A DNA stretch of 51,586 nucleotides, taken from the NCBI GenBank assembly GCA_964529325.1, contig CAZGWH010000006.1, positions 12,424 through 64,009 on the forward strand, read 5' to 3'. A model generated the notes under the pieces. It did not search any database and was not told where the DNA came from. It saw only the letters and a list, made by a program, of their open reading frames with translations. Numbering within the stretch: the stretch's first letter is position 1; every line of letters starts with the position of its first letter. Shown here in pieces: positions 1 to 12,928 of the stretch. The stretch is from an uncultured bacterium. Lineage in GTDB: Bacteria; Fidelibacterota; Marinisomatia; SCGC-AAA003-L08; GCA-2689995. A program made the translations under genes and the position numbers.

Positions 1-1
1 C

Positions 2-2155
2 CTCTCTCTTTCTGGATATTTATTCAAGGATAGAATTATTATTCCCCCTTGGTATATAAAAACAAATGTTTTAAAATCAAGAAATAATAAAGTCGAGCGG
101 TTGATTGATTTTAACTCTCTTTCAAAAGGGGACTCTGTTGTTCATAAACACCATGGAGTTGCAAAATATCAGGGCGTGTTTGATTTTGGCGACGACAATA
201 ATATTGACGAAAGACTTCTTCTTCATTATTCAGATGGTGGAAAAATATATGTTTCAATACAAAACCTGGGTCTTTTAGAGTTTTTTGCTTCAAAAAACGA
301 ATCCTTAATAAAGCTAGACAGTTTATCAAAAAAAAAATTATGGGACAAAAAGAAAAAATCTGCTAAAAAACAAGTCAATGATATTATTGATGAATTATTA
401 TTTGGATATGCCGAAAGATCAACAGTGCTAAGACCGCCTATTTCTGTTGATAGTGAAATAGAAAAACAATTCATTAACTCTTTTCCGTTTGAAGAAACAG
501 AAGACCAAAATACTACTTGGAATGAAATATCAAACGATTTATTTTCTAATAAACCAATGGATAGATTGCTTTGTGGGGATGTCGGTTTTGGGAAAACAGA
601 AATTGCTCTTCGCGCAACCTTTAGAACAGCTTATGCAGGAAAACAAGTTGCTGTTCTTGCACCAACGACCATCTTGTCTAGCCAACATTTTCAAACATTT
701 AAAAAAAGACTATCCCCATACTCCATTGATGTTGGATTAATCTCTGCATTTAAATCTAAATCTATAAATAACAAAACCTTGCTTCTATTGAAAAGCGGAG
801 ATATTAATGTAATTATTGGCACCCACTCGCTGTTGTCAGACAATGTTGTTTTTAATAACCTCGGTTTATTAATCATTGATGAAGAACATCGGTTTGGTGT
901 AAAACAAAAAGAGAAAATATTAAACTTAAAAACAAATATTGATGTTTTGTCTATGTCTGCAACACCTATTCCAAGAACATTACACATGTCGATTTCTGGA
1001 ATAAAAAGTATATCAACAATAAGCACACCCCCAAAAGCACGGTTTCCAATTCAAACCCATGTAAAATACTATGATATTCAATTAATTAAATCTGCCATAA
1101 TGTTTGAGATTAATAGAGGAGGGCAAGTCTTTTTTGTTCACAATAATGTTAAAACCCTTGACTCGATAGTTCAAATATTAGAAGCTACTCTTCCTGATTT
1201 AAATATCAAACCTGCTCATGGACAAGAACCAAAAAAACAATTAGAAAAAACAATGTATAGCTTTATTGAAGGAGATATAAATGTTCTCGTGTGTACATCT
1301 ATAATTGAAACAGGAATCGACATTCCAAATGTAAACACAATTATTATTAACAAAGCTCACAGCCTTGGTCTTTCTCAGCTTTATCAAATTAGAGGACGCG
1401 TTGGTAGAAGCGATAAACAAGCATTTGCATATATGCTTATACCAAAAGGTTTAAGGCTTTCCGAAAATGCATATAAAAGGCTTAAAAGTATTGAAAGAAA
1501 TACCTCTTTAGGATCTGGATATAATATATCAAAATCAGACATGGAAATTAGAGGAGTTGGAACAATCTTTGGATATAAGCAAAGCGGGGGGTTAAGCCAA
1601 ATTGGATATGGATTGTATTCTAAAATGATTAAGGAAGTTTTACAAGAAAAAAAAGTTGTTAAAAAGAAGTTTGTTATTGAACCTGAAGATGTTTCGGTAA
1701 TGTTATATTTTGATGTAGCAATCCCCGATGAGTATATTAACTCAGAGTCAATTCGCTTAGAGTTTTATAGAAAGTTTGCTTGTTGTGATGATTTAAATGG
1801 GTTTTCTAAAATTGAATATGAAGTTGAAAATAGATATGGACCAATACCTCAGTCTTTAACGAATCTTATAAATAATTACAAAACAAGGGTTTATTGTGCA
1901 AAGCTTGGTATAAAGAAGTGTGTGTTTATCAAAAACTCTTTACAGTTAGAGTTTTTACCAAATGGGGTTGCAAGCAAGGGAGATTTATTTATTCCAAAAT
2001 TAATCCAAATAACCGAGGAACAAAAAGCTAAGCCTCGTTTTTTACCTGTTGATAATAATATTTTACATATAAATATAAAATTAAAACAAGGTGTAGATAT
2101 TTATTCTTTTGTGGATAATATATTAAATAAATTATTAGCTATATTTTTAACATAA
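2..2155 (+). CDS. mfd: Transcription-repair coupling factor Mfd, N-terminally truncated by the window edge
   Basis: The frame is open from position 2, so TTG at 101 is probably not the start. CarD/RID-like segment (VVHKHHGVAKYQG), Walker A GDVGFGKT, DEEHRFGV, SATPIPRT, QIRGRVGR, DMEIRGVG and a C-terminal TRCF domain. Confidence 0.97.
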   Translation, partial: LSLSGYLFKDRIIIPPWYIKTNVLKSRNNKVERLIDFNSLSKGDSVVHKHHGVAKYQGVFDFGDDNNIDERLLLHYSDGGKIYVSIQNLGLLEFFASKNESLIKLDSLSKKKLWDKKKKSAKKQVNDIIDELLFGYAERSTVLRPPISVDSEIEKQFINSFPFEETEDQNTTWNEISNDLFSNKPMDRLLCGDVGFGKTEIALRATFRTAYAGKQVAVLAPTTILSSQHFQTFKKRLSPYSIDVGLISAFKSKSINNKTLLLLKSGDINVIIGTHSLLSDNVVFNNLGLLIIDEEHRFGVKQKEKILNLKTNIDVLSMSATPIPRTLHMSISGIKSISTISTPPKARFPIQTHVKYYDIQLIKSAIMFEINRGGQVFFVHNNVKTLDSIVQILEATLPDLNIKPAHGQEPKKQLEKTMYSFIEGDINVLVCTSIIETGIDIPNVNTIIINKAHSLGLSQLYQIRGRVGRSDKQAFAYMLIPKGLRLSENAYKRLKSIERNTSLGSGYNISKSDMEIRGVGTIFGYKQSGGLSQIGYGLYSKMIKEVLQEKKVVKKKFVIEPEDVSVMLYFDVAIPDEYINSESIRLEFYRKFACCDDLNGFSKIEYEVENRYGPIPQSLTNLINNYKTRVYCAKLGIKKCVFIKNSLQLEFLPNGVASKGDLFIPKLIQITEEQKAKPRFLPVDNNILHINIKLKQGVDIYSFVDNILNKLLAIFLT

Positions 2156-2167
2156 AATGGGAGAACT

Positions 2168-3868
2168 GTGGTTCGAAACCTATTAGTTTTATTATTGACT
2201 TTATCATGTCTTTTTTCAAATGAAAAAGTTGTTTCAATTGGGGAAAATGTTTTTTTTGAAAATGAATTTTTTGAATTTTATCCAAAGTCTGAATGGGCGA
2301 AAATAAAACCTCACCAAAAAGAACGAATTTTAAATGATTTTATTCGTAAAAAAACAGCCGTGCTTGAAGCAAAAGAACAACATTTTTTAGAAAACCCTCG
2401 TACAGCCATTAAGCTAAGAAATCGAGGTGATTTTTTATTTGTCAATAAAACATATGAAAAACTCGTAGCTCTTCCTCTGGTTCCTTTAGAATATATTGAA
2501 ATGGGTAAAAAGTATATTTTAAAAGATTTAAATATTAGCCATATATTAATTGGGTTTAATGGGACTGAAATGGGAGGAGATTTTAATAGAAATAAAATTC
2601 AGGCATACGAAATCGCAAGTGAATTACTTTCTACAATGAGCCATTCTTTTAATTTTGACAGTCTGGCTTTAAGCTTTTCCGATGACCCTGGAGTTACCGG
2701 CAACAAGGGAAATCTCGGCTGGATTTCTTGGGGCAAAATAGATCCTGATTTCCAAAAAGAAGTCTTTCAATTAAAAAAAGGCGATATATCAAATCCTATA
2801 TTAACAAAATATGGTTATCATATTGTATATATTAACAACGAAAGAACTTCAGAGGCGGCTAGCTTTCCCGAAGAAAAACTTATAGAAAAAGTTGAGTTTT
2901 CTTCTTTAGGGGTTGTAAAAAATCAACTAAAAGATGCTGCTAATTTACACGACAAAAAATTAATTGATAAAATTAATTTTTATTTTAATGAACCTGTTTT
3001 AAATAAACTTGGTAATATATTAAATGAACATCAAAAAAAAATCACATATATGAATAATGTTGACATTGTTCCTGTATTAAAAGATTATTCAAGCAATGAT
3101 ATCGTTTTTATATATAATCAAAAAGGATATGGAGTTAAATGGTTAATTAATAAACTGTCTAAATCTTCCCCTTCAAAAAGACCATCCATTACAAACGGTG
3201 AAAGTTTAAAGCTTGCAATAAAAACACTTATTTTGCAAGTTCTTGCTATTGAAAAGGGAAAAAAACATAAGCTAAACGCATCTTACGGGTATCAATCTCA
3301 ATACAATGGAATTGAAGGTGAAATATTATATGATGCCTATGTGAGGTATTTAGTAAATAATGCGCCAGAACCAACAAATGAAGATATAAAAGCATATTAT
3401 GAAAAATACAAAGAAACGAAATATAAAGAACCAGAGAGGTTCTCAGTATTTAATTTAAAAGTAAAAAGACAAAAACTTGCAGATAGTTTATTTATTGCAA
3501 TACAAAACGGTGGTGATTTCTTCCGTTTAGCAAAATCATTCTCTATATTAAGTCCTAAAAAGTCAGGTAAAATGCAACCTTTTGATAAAACAAAAAACAA
3601 AGATATTGTCAAAGCCCTAAAAAATATAAAGATAGGTAATTATAGCAAGGTTTTTAAAACTCGGGACAATAAATGGTCAATCATCTATTTTGAAACAATG
3701 TTGCCAGAGGAAATAATTAAATATGATAATGTTAAAAATAGAATTAAAACGGCCTTGACTAAAGAAAATCAAGATACTCATAAAGAAGACACTTTTGATA
3801 ATCTTAAGGCAAAATATAATGTAACCATAAATAGCAATTTTTTTACAACACAAGAAGAAATTAATTAA
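2168..3868 (+). CDS. Exported parvulin-type peptidyl-prolyl isomerase (PrsA/PpiD-like, two rotamase-like domains)
   Basis: Signal-peptide-like N-terminus; FSDDPG..GNLGW, ISNPILTKYGYHIV; second degenerate domain (FFRLAKSFS). GTG start with GGAG upstream. Confidence 0.85.
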   Translation: MVRNLLVLLLTLSCLFSNEKVVSIGENVFFENEFFEFYPKSEWAKIKPHQKERILNDFIRKKTAVLEAKEQHFLENPRTAIKLRNRGDFLFVNKTYEKLVALPLVPLEYIEMGKKYILKDLNISHILIGFNGTEMGGDFNRNKIQAYEIASELLSTMSHSFNFDSLALSFSDDPGVTGNKGNLGWISWGKIDPDFQKEVFQLKKGDISNPILTKYGYHIVYINNERTSEAASFPEEKLIEKVEFSSLGVVKNQLKDAANLHDKKLIDKINFYFNEPVLNKLGNILNEHQKKITYMNNVDIVPVLKDYSSNDIVFIYNQKGYGVKWLINKLSKSSPSKRPSITNGESLKLAIKTLILQVLAIEKGKKHKLNASYGYQSQYNGIEGEILYDAYVRYLVNNAPEPTNEDIKAYYEKYKETKYKEPERFSVFNLKVKRQKLADSLFIAIQNGGDFFRLAKSFSILSPKKSGKMQPFDKTKNKDIVKALKNIKIGNYSKVFKTRDNKWSIIYFETMLPEEIIKYDNVKNRIKTALTKENQDTHKEDTFDNLKAKYNVTINSNFFTTQEEIN

Positions 3869-5133
3869 TGTATAAATTTTTTATTTTAATCATATTTACT
3901 ATTCTCTTTTCCAAAAATGAATTTGTTGATGGTATTGTTGCTAAAGTAGGAGGAAATACAATTCTTTATAGTGATGTATTACAAACAATACAAATGCAAG
4001 CAATGCAAAATGGAATAGATATTTCTAAAAACCCATATTACCTTGATGAAAACCATGATCTTGTTTTAGATTTTTTAATTAATCAAAATGTTCTTTTTGA
4101 AAAGGCAAAAAAAGATACACTTATTGATGTATCTGGGGATGAAATTAGCTCAACACTAGACAGTGAAATAGATATGATGACACGGCGAGCTGGTTCAGAA
4201 AGTTTATTAGAAAATATTTTAGGCGTATCTATTCATGAATATAAATTATCGCTTTGGGATGAAATAGAAAAAAGGCTATTAATTGAAAGATATCAACAAA
4301 GCTTTATGGTCAATATTTCGGTTTCTAGAGCAGAAGTTATTACTTTTTATAATGAGTATAAAGATTCTATACCTCTACTTCCAAGCAGGTTTAAGTTTTC
4401 GTTAATAGAACTACCAATACAACCAAGTAAAAAGGCTGAAAATTTAACCATAGACTTATTAAATTCTATTAAAGATAGTATTATTATGTTTAATAACTTT
4501 GAGGATTATGCGTCAAAATATTCTCAAGACCCAGGATCAAAACAAAACGGAGGAGATCTTGGTTATATTTTACGAGGAAATTTAGTTAAAGAATTTGAAG
4601 AAGTTGCTTTTTCCTTAAATGTTGGAGAGATAAGCGCGCCTGTAAAAACTAAATTTGGACTTCATTTAATTCAATTATTAGATAAGCAGGGAGAAAAAAT
4701 TCATGTAAGGCATATTTTACAAGAAGTTATTCCAACAGAAAATGATAAAAAACTAACCGAGGAAAAATTAAGAAATATTTATCAACAATCTAACAATGCA
4801 AGTGTTTACTTTGATTCTTTAGCTTATCAATATCAAGCTGGTTTTCAAAATCAATCAGGGGTATTTGAACTAACCCCAGACGATGCAATACCTGTTGAAA
4901 TTTTATCATTATTAAATGATTATTCGGGTAAGCCAGAATTACTAATTCCAATAGAATCAAGTAATAAGAGTTATTATTTAGTTTTTGTTAAAGATCGAAA
5001 ATTAAGCGAAAAAGCTACATTAAAAAACTCATGGCAAATAATGGAAGCAATGGCAAAAAATAATAAAATTACTAAAGAGTTTGAATTGTGGATATCTAAA
5101 GAGAGAAAGAATGTATTTATTCAGACTTTTTAA
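3868..5133 (+). CDS. surA: SurA-like periplasmic chaperone/PPIase
   Basis: Signal peptide, VDGIVAKVG..IL.SD N-domain, YSQDPGSKQNGGDLG and PVKTKFGLHLI parvulin motifs; start overlaps the upstream stop (TAATG). Confidence 0.8.
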   Translation: MYKFFILIIFTILFSKNEFVDGIVAKVGGNTILYSDVLQTIQMQAMQNGIDISKNPYYLDENHDLVLDFLINQNVLFEKAKKDTLIDVSGDEISSTLDSEIDMMTRRAGSESLLENILGVSIHEYKLSLWDEIEKRLLIERYQQSFMVNISVSRAEVITFYNEYKDSIPLLPSRFKFSLIELPIQPSKKAENLTIDLLNSIKDSIIMFNNFEDYASKYSQDPGSKQNGGDLGYILRGNLVKEFEEVAFSLNVGEISAPVKTKFGLHLIQLLDKQGEKIHVRHILQEVIPTENDKKLTEEKLRNIYQQSNNASVYFDSLAYQYQAGFQNQSGVFELTPDDAIPVEILSLLNDYSGKPELLIPIESSNKSYYLVFVKDRKLSEKATLKNSWQIMEAMAKNNKITKEFELWISKERKNVFIQTF

Positions 5134-5341
5134 CAATTTGCTTTTGTTAGTTTAATAAACAAAAGTTATGCTCATTGTAAACAAAGTTATCCACATAAAA
5201 AATTAATTTATTATATTTTTTTAAGTAATAATAAAACATAACAATTAGTAAAAATAAAAATAAATCATTAACATTTAAACATAATATAATAAAAATAAAT
5301 TTAATTAATTATAAATTAATATATATAAAGGATATATACTT
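5134..5341. other. Candidate replication origin (oriC): DnaA box plus AT-rich unwinding region
   Basis: Perfect TTATCCACA at 5187-5195 and degenerate boxes such as TTATGCTCA at 5166-5174. Followed by ~145 nt of almost pure A/T directly upstream of dnaN. Confidence 0.65.
5187..5195 (+). promoter_or_regulatory. DnaA box
   Basis: Exact match to the consensus TTATCCACA, intergenic, upstream of dnaN. Confidence 0.8.
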
Positions 5342-6448
5342 ATGAACTTTAAATTATCAAAAAAAGAATTACTTAATTCTTTACAAAAAATAAATAGAGT
5401 TATTCCAACTCGCTCTACATTACCAATTTTAAGTTGTGTTTTGTTTGAAATTAAAAAAAATACTCTCTTTTTAAGAGCAACAGATTTAGAACAAACAATA
5501 TTAATTAAAATTGATATTACTTCTTCTTCTGAAGGTAAGTTAGCTATTCCTGTAAAAACATTATTAGAAATTACACAGGAAATCCCAGATGAAAACTTAA
5601 GTATATCCATTAATCCTGAAAATAAAGTTGAAATAAAAACAGATTTTGGGAACTATAGTATTATGGGAAAAACAGCAAATGAGTTTCCTGAAATGCCTAG
5701 TGTTGAAAACCCTGTAATAATAAAAATGGGAAAAAAGGAATTAAATGAAATAATTCAAGATACCTTGTATGCAACTAGTAGAGATGAAATGAAAATATCT
5801 CTCCAAGGCGTTTGTATTAATGTAGATGGAAAGCAAATTACTGCTGTTGCTACAGATGGGTTTAGACTTGTTAAACGAATTAGTAAAACAAAAGAGGAAA
5901 ATACATATAAAGGGCAAGTAATAATCCCTACTAAGTTTTTAACCGTATTACAATCTCATCTAGGAGATAATAATTTAAAATTAATACTTTGTTCTAATCA
6001 TATTCAAATAGACAACGGAAATACAACTTTAGTCTCTAGAATAATTAGAGAAAAATATCCTGATTATGAAAGCATCATACCTTCGGATAATGATAAAATA
6101 GCAGTTATTAATAAAAATGATTTATTATCTGCTGTCAAACGGGTATCTATTTTTTCAAATAGAACGACTCGGCAAATTGCATTAACTTTTGAAAAGAATA
6201 AAGCAATTATTACAACTGAAGATCCTGAAAATATAACATCTGGTCATGAAGAAATTATTTGTGAATATAAAGAAGAATCTATTACAATTGGATTTAATGC
6301 TAATTATTTAAAAGAAATGTTAAACCATCAATCTACAGAAGAGGTATTTATAAAACTAAAATCATCTTTAGGAGCAGGGATGATTTTACCTAAAGATGAT
6401 AAATCTGAAAAAGAAATATTATCCCTATTGATGCCAATTCGAATATAA
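5342..6448 (+). CDS. dnaN: DNA polymerase III beta sliding clamp
   Basis: STLPILS, ATDLE, VATDGFRL, YPDYESIIP, IGFNANYL and the LLMPIR C-terminus; 368 aa. Confidence 0.98.
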   Translation: MNFKLSKKELLNSLQKINRVIPTRSTLPILSCVLFEIKKNTLFLRATDLEQTILIKIDITSSSEGKLAIPVKTLLEITQEIPDENLSISINPENKVEIKTDFGNYSIMGKTANEFPEMPSVENPVIIKMGKKELNEIIQDTLYATSRDEMKISLQGVCINVDGKQITAVATDGFRLVKRISKTKEENTYKGQVIIPTKFLTVLQSHLGDNNLKLILCSNHIQIDNGNTTLVSRIIREKYPDYESIIPSDNDKIAVINKNDLLSAVKRVSIFSNRTTRQIALTFEKNKAIITTEDPENITSGHEEIICEYKEESITIGFNANYLKEMLNHQSTEEVFIKLKSSLGAGMILPKDDKSEKEILSLLMPIRI

Positions 6449-6449
6449 A

Positions 6450-7502
6450 ATGTGGCTTGAACACATTGAAATTGAAAATATTAGATCATTAAAAACTTTT
6501 AATATTGATTTTTCACCAAAATTAAATATTGTCTTAGGAGAAAATGGGTCAGGTAAAACATCTATACTTGAATCAATTCATCTTCTTTCTCTTGGTAAAT
6601 CTTTTAGGCCAGGAAAAGAAATAAACTTAATGAATTCATCTTCAGACTATTTTAGGGTTAAAGGATTAATCTCAAACAATAAAAACAAGGTTTCTATACA
6701 AACAAGTAGAAGTATTTCAGAAAAAAGAATAAAACTAAATAATAAAATTTTAAAATCTAGAGCAAATTTAATAGGTGTTTTTCCAACCGTTGTATTTTCT
6801 CCAGATACTCTTGATATAATTTCAGGCGGAAAAGTATCTAGGCTAGCTTTTTTTAATCGTATTTTCTGTACTGTTGATCCTGATTATATGGAAACCTTAA
6901 TACAATTAGAAAAAATTCTTTTACAAAAAAAACAATTATTAAAAAACAATCAAACAAATCAAATAGATTATTGGAATCAATTGCTTGCAGAAAAAACCCA
7001 AAAAATTTGGAAAAAAAGGCATAAATTATGGACTGAATTTTCTGAGGAATTTGAAAGAACTTGGAACTTAGTTTTCCCAGAAAAAAAAGCATCTATTGGG
7101 TATTTATATTTTAAAGAAATAAGTATAAATAAAATAACTGAAAAACTTAATAAAATAAAAGAACAAGAAATTCTCTATGGAAAGGTGTTGTTTGGTCCAC
7201 AAAAAGACGAATTTATTTTTTATTATAATAGTATTTTATTAAAAGAATTTGGTTCTCAAGGTGAAAAAAAATTTTTTCATTATATTTTAAAATTAGTAGA
7301 AGGTGATTTTATAAAAAAAAAACTGGGCAAAACTCCCGTTTTATTATTAGATGATCTTTTTGCTAAAATAGATAGTGTTAGAATAGAAAAAATGATAAAC
7401 TCAATGTTTGATAAATTTCAAATGTTTATAACAAGTACAGATATTCATAAAGATGGAATAAAGCCGTGGATTTCAACAAACACCAAATTAATTAATATAT
7501 AA
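6450..7502 (+). CDS. recF: DNA replication/repair protein RecF
   Basis: GENGSGKT, SLGKSFR, GSQGEKK, PVLLLDD; lies between dnaN and gyrB. Confidence 0.93.
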   Translation: MWLEHIEIENIRSLKTFNIDFSPKLNIVLGENGSGKTSILESIHLLSLGKSFRPGKEINLMNSSSDYFRVKGLISNNKNKVSIQTSRSISEKRIKLNNKILKSRANLIGVFPTVVFSPDTLDIISGGKVSRLAFFNRIFCTVDPDYMETLIQLEKILLQKKQLLKNNQTNQIDYWNQLLAEKTQKIWKKRHKLWTEFSEEFERTWNLVFPEKKASIGYLYFKEISINKITEKLNKIKEQEILYGKVLFGPQKDEFIFYYNSILLKEFGSQGEKKFFHYILKLVEGDFIKKKLGKTPVLLLDDLFAKIDSVRIEKMINSMFDKFQMFITSTDIHKDGIKPWISTNTKLINI

Positions 7503-7506
7503 ATTA

Positions 7507-9740
<2,234 letters not shown>

Positions 9741-9755
9741 GAATAAGGAAATAGT

Positions 9756-12221
9756 ATGCTAGATATTGTTGGAGGAAATACCCAGGACCGTGATATTATT
9801 GAGGAAATGAATGAATCATATCTTAACTATTCAATGTCGGTTATTGTTTCTCGAGCTCTTCCAGATGTGAGAGATGGATTAAAACCAGTACATCGTAGAG
9901 TTTTATTTGGAACTTCAGACCTGGGTGCGTCTTGGAATAGAAGATATAAAAAATGTGCAAGAATTGTTGGAGAGGTATTAGGTAAATATCACCCTCATGG
10001 CGATAGTTCTGTTTATGATGCATTGGTTAGAATGGCACAACCCTGGTCTTTACGATATCCATTAATGGACGGTCAGGGGAACTTTGGGTCTATAGATGGC
10101 GATTCTGCGGCTGCGATGAGATATACTGAGGCAAGAATGGCAAGAGTCTCTTCAGAGATGTTACGAGATATTGATAAAGATACCGTTTCTTGGGTGGCTA
10201 ACTTTGATGATACTCTTGAAGAACCAACCGTATTACCTTCTATACTACCAACTTTACTAATGAATGGTGCAGATGGTATTGCCGTAGGAATGGCAACTAA
10301 AATCCCCCCCCACAACCTTAGAGAATTACTTTCTGGCCTAAATGCAATTATTGAAAATCCAGATATATCAATTGATGAGATTATTGCTAACCATATTACA
10401 GGTCCAGACTTTCCAACAGGTGGTATTTTATTGGGTACTGACGGAGTTCATAACGCTTATAAAAAAGGCCGAGGTCGATTAGTTGTTCGCGGTAGGGCAA
10501 TTATAGAGGAATTTGGTACAAATAGTCGAGAACGAATAATTATTAATGAATTACCATATCAAGTCAACAAAGCAAATTTAATAGAAAAAATAGCAGATTT
10601 AGTTAGAGATAAACGGCTCGAGGGTATATCAGACCTCAGAGATGAATCTGATAAAGATGGAATGAGAATTGTTGTTGAATGTAAAAGAGATGCAATAGCA
10701 GATGTCGTTTTAAATAATTTATTTAAATTAACCCAACTTCAAGATTCTTATGGTGTAATTATGCTTGCACTTGTAAATGGTATTCCTAAAGTAATGAATA
10801 TAAAAGAAGTTCTAAACCATTTTTTGAACTTTAGAATTGAAGTTATTGTAAAAAGAACACAATTTGAATTAAATGAAGCAGAAACAAGAGCACATATATT
10901 AGAAGGATTAAAAATTGCTTTAGAAAATATAGATGAAGTAATTAAAATAATTAAAAAATCTAAAGATCCTATAGTTGCACGAGAAGCATTAATGGCTCAT
11001 TTTTCTTTATCTGAAAAACAATCAAAAGCGATATTGGAAATGCGATTACAGCGATTAACCTCTTTAGAAGTTGATAAAGTTATTGAAGAGTATAAAGAGT
11101 TATTAAAATTAATCGAAAAATTAAATTCTATCTTAGCTAGTAAAAACCTACAATATGAAATTATTAAAGAAGAATTTGCAGAAGTTGAAAAACAATATGG
11201 TGATGACAGATTAACACAAATAATTGAAGGAACAGGAGAGCTTTCTGTTGAAGACATGATTGCAGATGAAGATATGGTTGTAACGATTACTCATAATGGG
11301 TTTATTAAGCGACTACCTTCTTCTAACTGGAAAAGACAGCGCCGTGGCGGACGAGGTATGCGTGGTGCTGGTGCAAAAGATGATGATTTTGTAGAACATC
11401 TATTTATAGCTTCAACTCATAGTTATATTTTATTTTTTACAGATCAAGGTAAGTGTTATTGGTTAAAGGTATATGATATACCAACAGGTGGAAGAACAGC
11501 AAGAGGACGAGCCGTTGTGAACTTGATTGGCTGTGACCCTGGTGAACGAATTAAAGCATTTGTATCTGTTAAAGAATTTAATGATACTGACTTTGTAGCA
11601 ATGGCAACGAAGAAAGGTATTGTAAAAAGAACTGCTCTTAGTCAATATAGCAGGCCACGAAAAGGCGGTATTTATGCAATTGAAATTAGAGAAGGTGATG
11701 AATTAATTGAAGCCAAGGTTACTAATGGCGAACATGATATAATTTTAGGAACTCGCCATGGGAAATCAATCAGGTTTAATGAAAATGATGCTAGACCAAT
11801 GGGAAGAAAAACCATGGGAGTTAAGGGCATTACTCTTAGATCTGCTGACGACTGGGTGATTGGCATGATTGTTATTAAAAGAGAAGGTACAATTTTAGTA
11901 GCATCAGATAAAGGGCTTGGCAAACGAACAAATGTAATTGAATACCGAGTTCAAAATAGAGGTGGAAAAGGAATCATTACTTTAAAAACAACTGACAAGG
12001 TTGGTAAAATGGTATCAATGATTGAAGTTGTAGATAATGATGATTTAATGATTATTACCGATGGTGGTATTATGATTCGCCAACCCGTAAAAGCAATTAG
12101 AACAATTGGTAGAAATACACAAGGGGTTCGATTATTAAAACTTGATGATGGTGCGAAAATTTCTTCAATTACAAGAGTAATGGAAAATGATGATAATTCT
12201 GAGGAAGAAGGCGAGGAATAA
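9756..12221 (+). CDS. gyrA: DNA gyrase subunit A
   Basis: [22 protein letters not shown], catalytic AAMRYTE, GyrA-box QRRGGRG, beta-pinwheel repeats. Confidence 0.99.
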   Translation: MLDIVGGNTQDRDIIEEMNESYLNYSMSVIVSRALPDVRDGLKPVHRRVLFGTSDLGASWNRRYKKCARIVGEVLGKYHPHGDSSVYDALVRMAQPWSLRYPLMDGQGNFGSIDGDSAAAMRYTEARMARVSSEMLRDIDKDTVSWVANFDDTLEEPTVLPSILPTLLMNGADGIAVGMATKIPPHNLRELLSGLNAIIENPDISIDEIIANHITGPDFPTGGILLGTDGVHNAYKKGRGRLVVRGRAIIEEFGTNSRERIIINELPYQVNKANLIEKIADLVRDKRLEGISDLRDESDKDGMRIVVECKRDAIADVVLNNLFKLTQLQDSYGVIMLALVNGIPKVMNIKEVLNHFLNFRIEVIVKRTQFELNEAETRAHILEGLKIALENIDEVIKIIKKSKDPIVAREALMAHFSLSEKQSKAILEMRLQRLTSLEVDKVIEEYKELLKLIEKLNSILASKNLQYEIIKEEFAEVEKQYGDDRLTQIIEGTGELSVEDMIADEDMVVTITHNGFIKRLPSSNWKRQRRGGRGMRGAGAKDDDFVEHLFIASTHSYILFFTDQGKCYWLKVYDIPTGGRTARGRAVVNLIGCDPGERIKAFVSVKEFNDTDFVAMATKKGIVKRTALSQYSRPRKGGIYAIEIREGDELIEAKVTNGEHDIILGTRHGKSIRFNENDARPMGRKTMGVKGITLRSADDWVIGMIVIKREGTILVASDKGLGKRTNVIEYRVQNRGGKGIITLKTTDKVGKMVSMIEVVDNDDLMIITDGGIMIRQPVKAIRTIGRNTQGVRLLKLDDGAKISSITRVMENDDNSEEEGEE

Positions 12222-12923
12222 TTGAAAACCCCTGGTTTACTTAACCAGGATGCACTTTTTAAAGTAAGAAATCAAATAATATCTGCTTGTAAAAAATCAA
12301 ATAGATTTATTGGTGACGTACAAATAATTGCTGTTACTAAAACATTTGATATTAAAGCAATTGAAACCGCTTTAAAAGCAGGAATTACCTGTATTGGTGA
12401 AAATAAAGTTCAAGAAGTTGAAAAAAAAATCCCACAAATTCAATATAGACAAAATACCGAAATTCATTTTATCGGACATTTACAATCTAATAAAGTTAGA
12501 AAAGTATTAAAATATGTAGATGTTATTGAAACGGTAGATTCATTGAAACTTGCAAAACGAATAAATTTAATTTCTCATGAATTAAATGTAGTTTCAAATA
12601 TTTATATTCAAGTGAATACAGGAAACGATATTGCAAAACATGGATTTCATGTCGATGAAGTAATTGATAATGCTAGTCATATTACCCAAATGAAAAACCT
12701 AAAATTAATAGGCATAATGACAATCCCCCCTTTACATTGTAGCTCCATAAAGCTGAATAATATTTTTAATAAAACCCGCCAAATTAGAGATAATATTAAA
12801 AATCAGGTTAATTCTAATTGTAAAGATTTATCAATGGGAATGAGTGGAGACTTTGAATTAGCCATTAAAAATGGAGCAACCCATATTAGGCTTGGAACCG
12901 TTTTATTTGGAAACCGAAAATAG
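12222..12923 (+). CDS. yggS: PLP homeostasis protein (YggS/PROSC)
   Basis: IAVTKT, GENKVQE, HFIGHLQSNK, LSMGMSGDF, HIRLGTVLFG. Confidence 0.96.
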   Translation: MKTPGLLNQDALFKVRNQIISACKKSNRFIGDVQIIAVTKTFDIKAIETALKAGITCIGENKVQEVEKKIPQIQYRQNTEIHFIGHLQSNKVRKVLKYVDVIETVDSLKLAKRINLISHELNVVSNIYIQVNTGNDIAKHGFHVDEVIDNASHITQMKNLKLIGIMTIPPLHCSSIKLNNIFNKTRQIRDNIKNQVNSNCKDLSMGMSGDFELAIKNGATHIRLGTVLFGNRK

Positions 12924-12928
12924 TTTAA

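Noticed and set aside
101-103. TTG at 101 as the mfd start, implying an unusually short Mfd
   Set aside because: The frame is open back to position 2, so the gene most likely starts outside the window.
328-337. A10 homopolymer in mfd as a phase-variation site
   Set aside because: It is in frame (Ser-Lys-Lys-Lys), and such runs are expected in an AT-rich genome.
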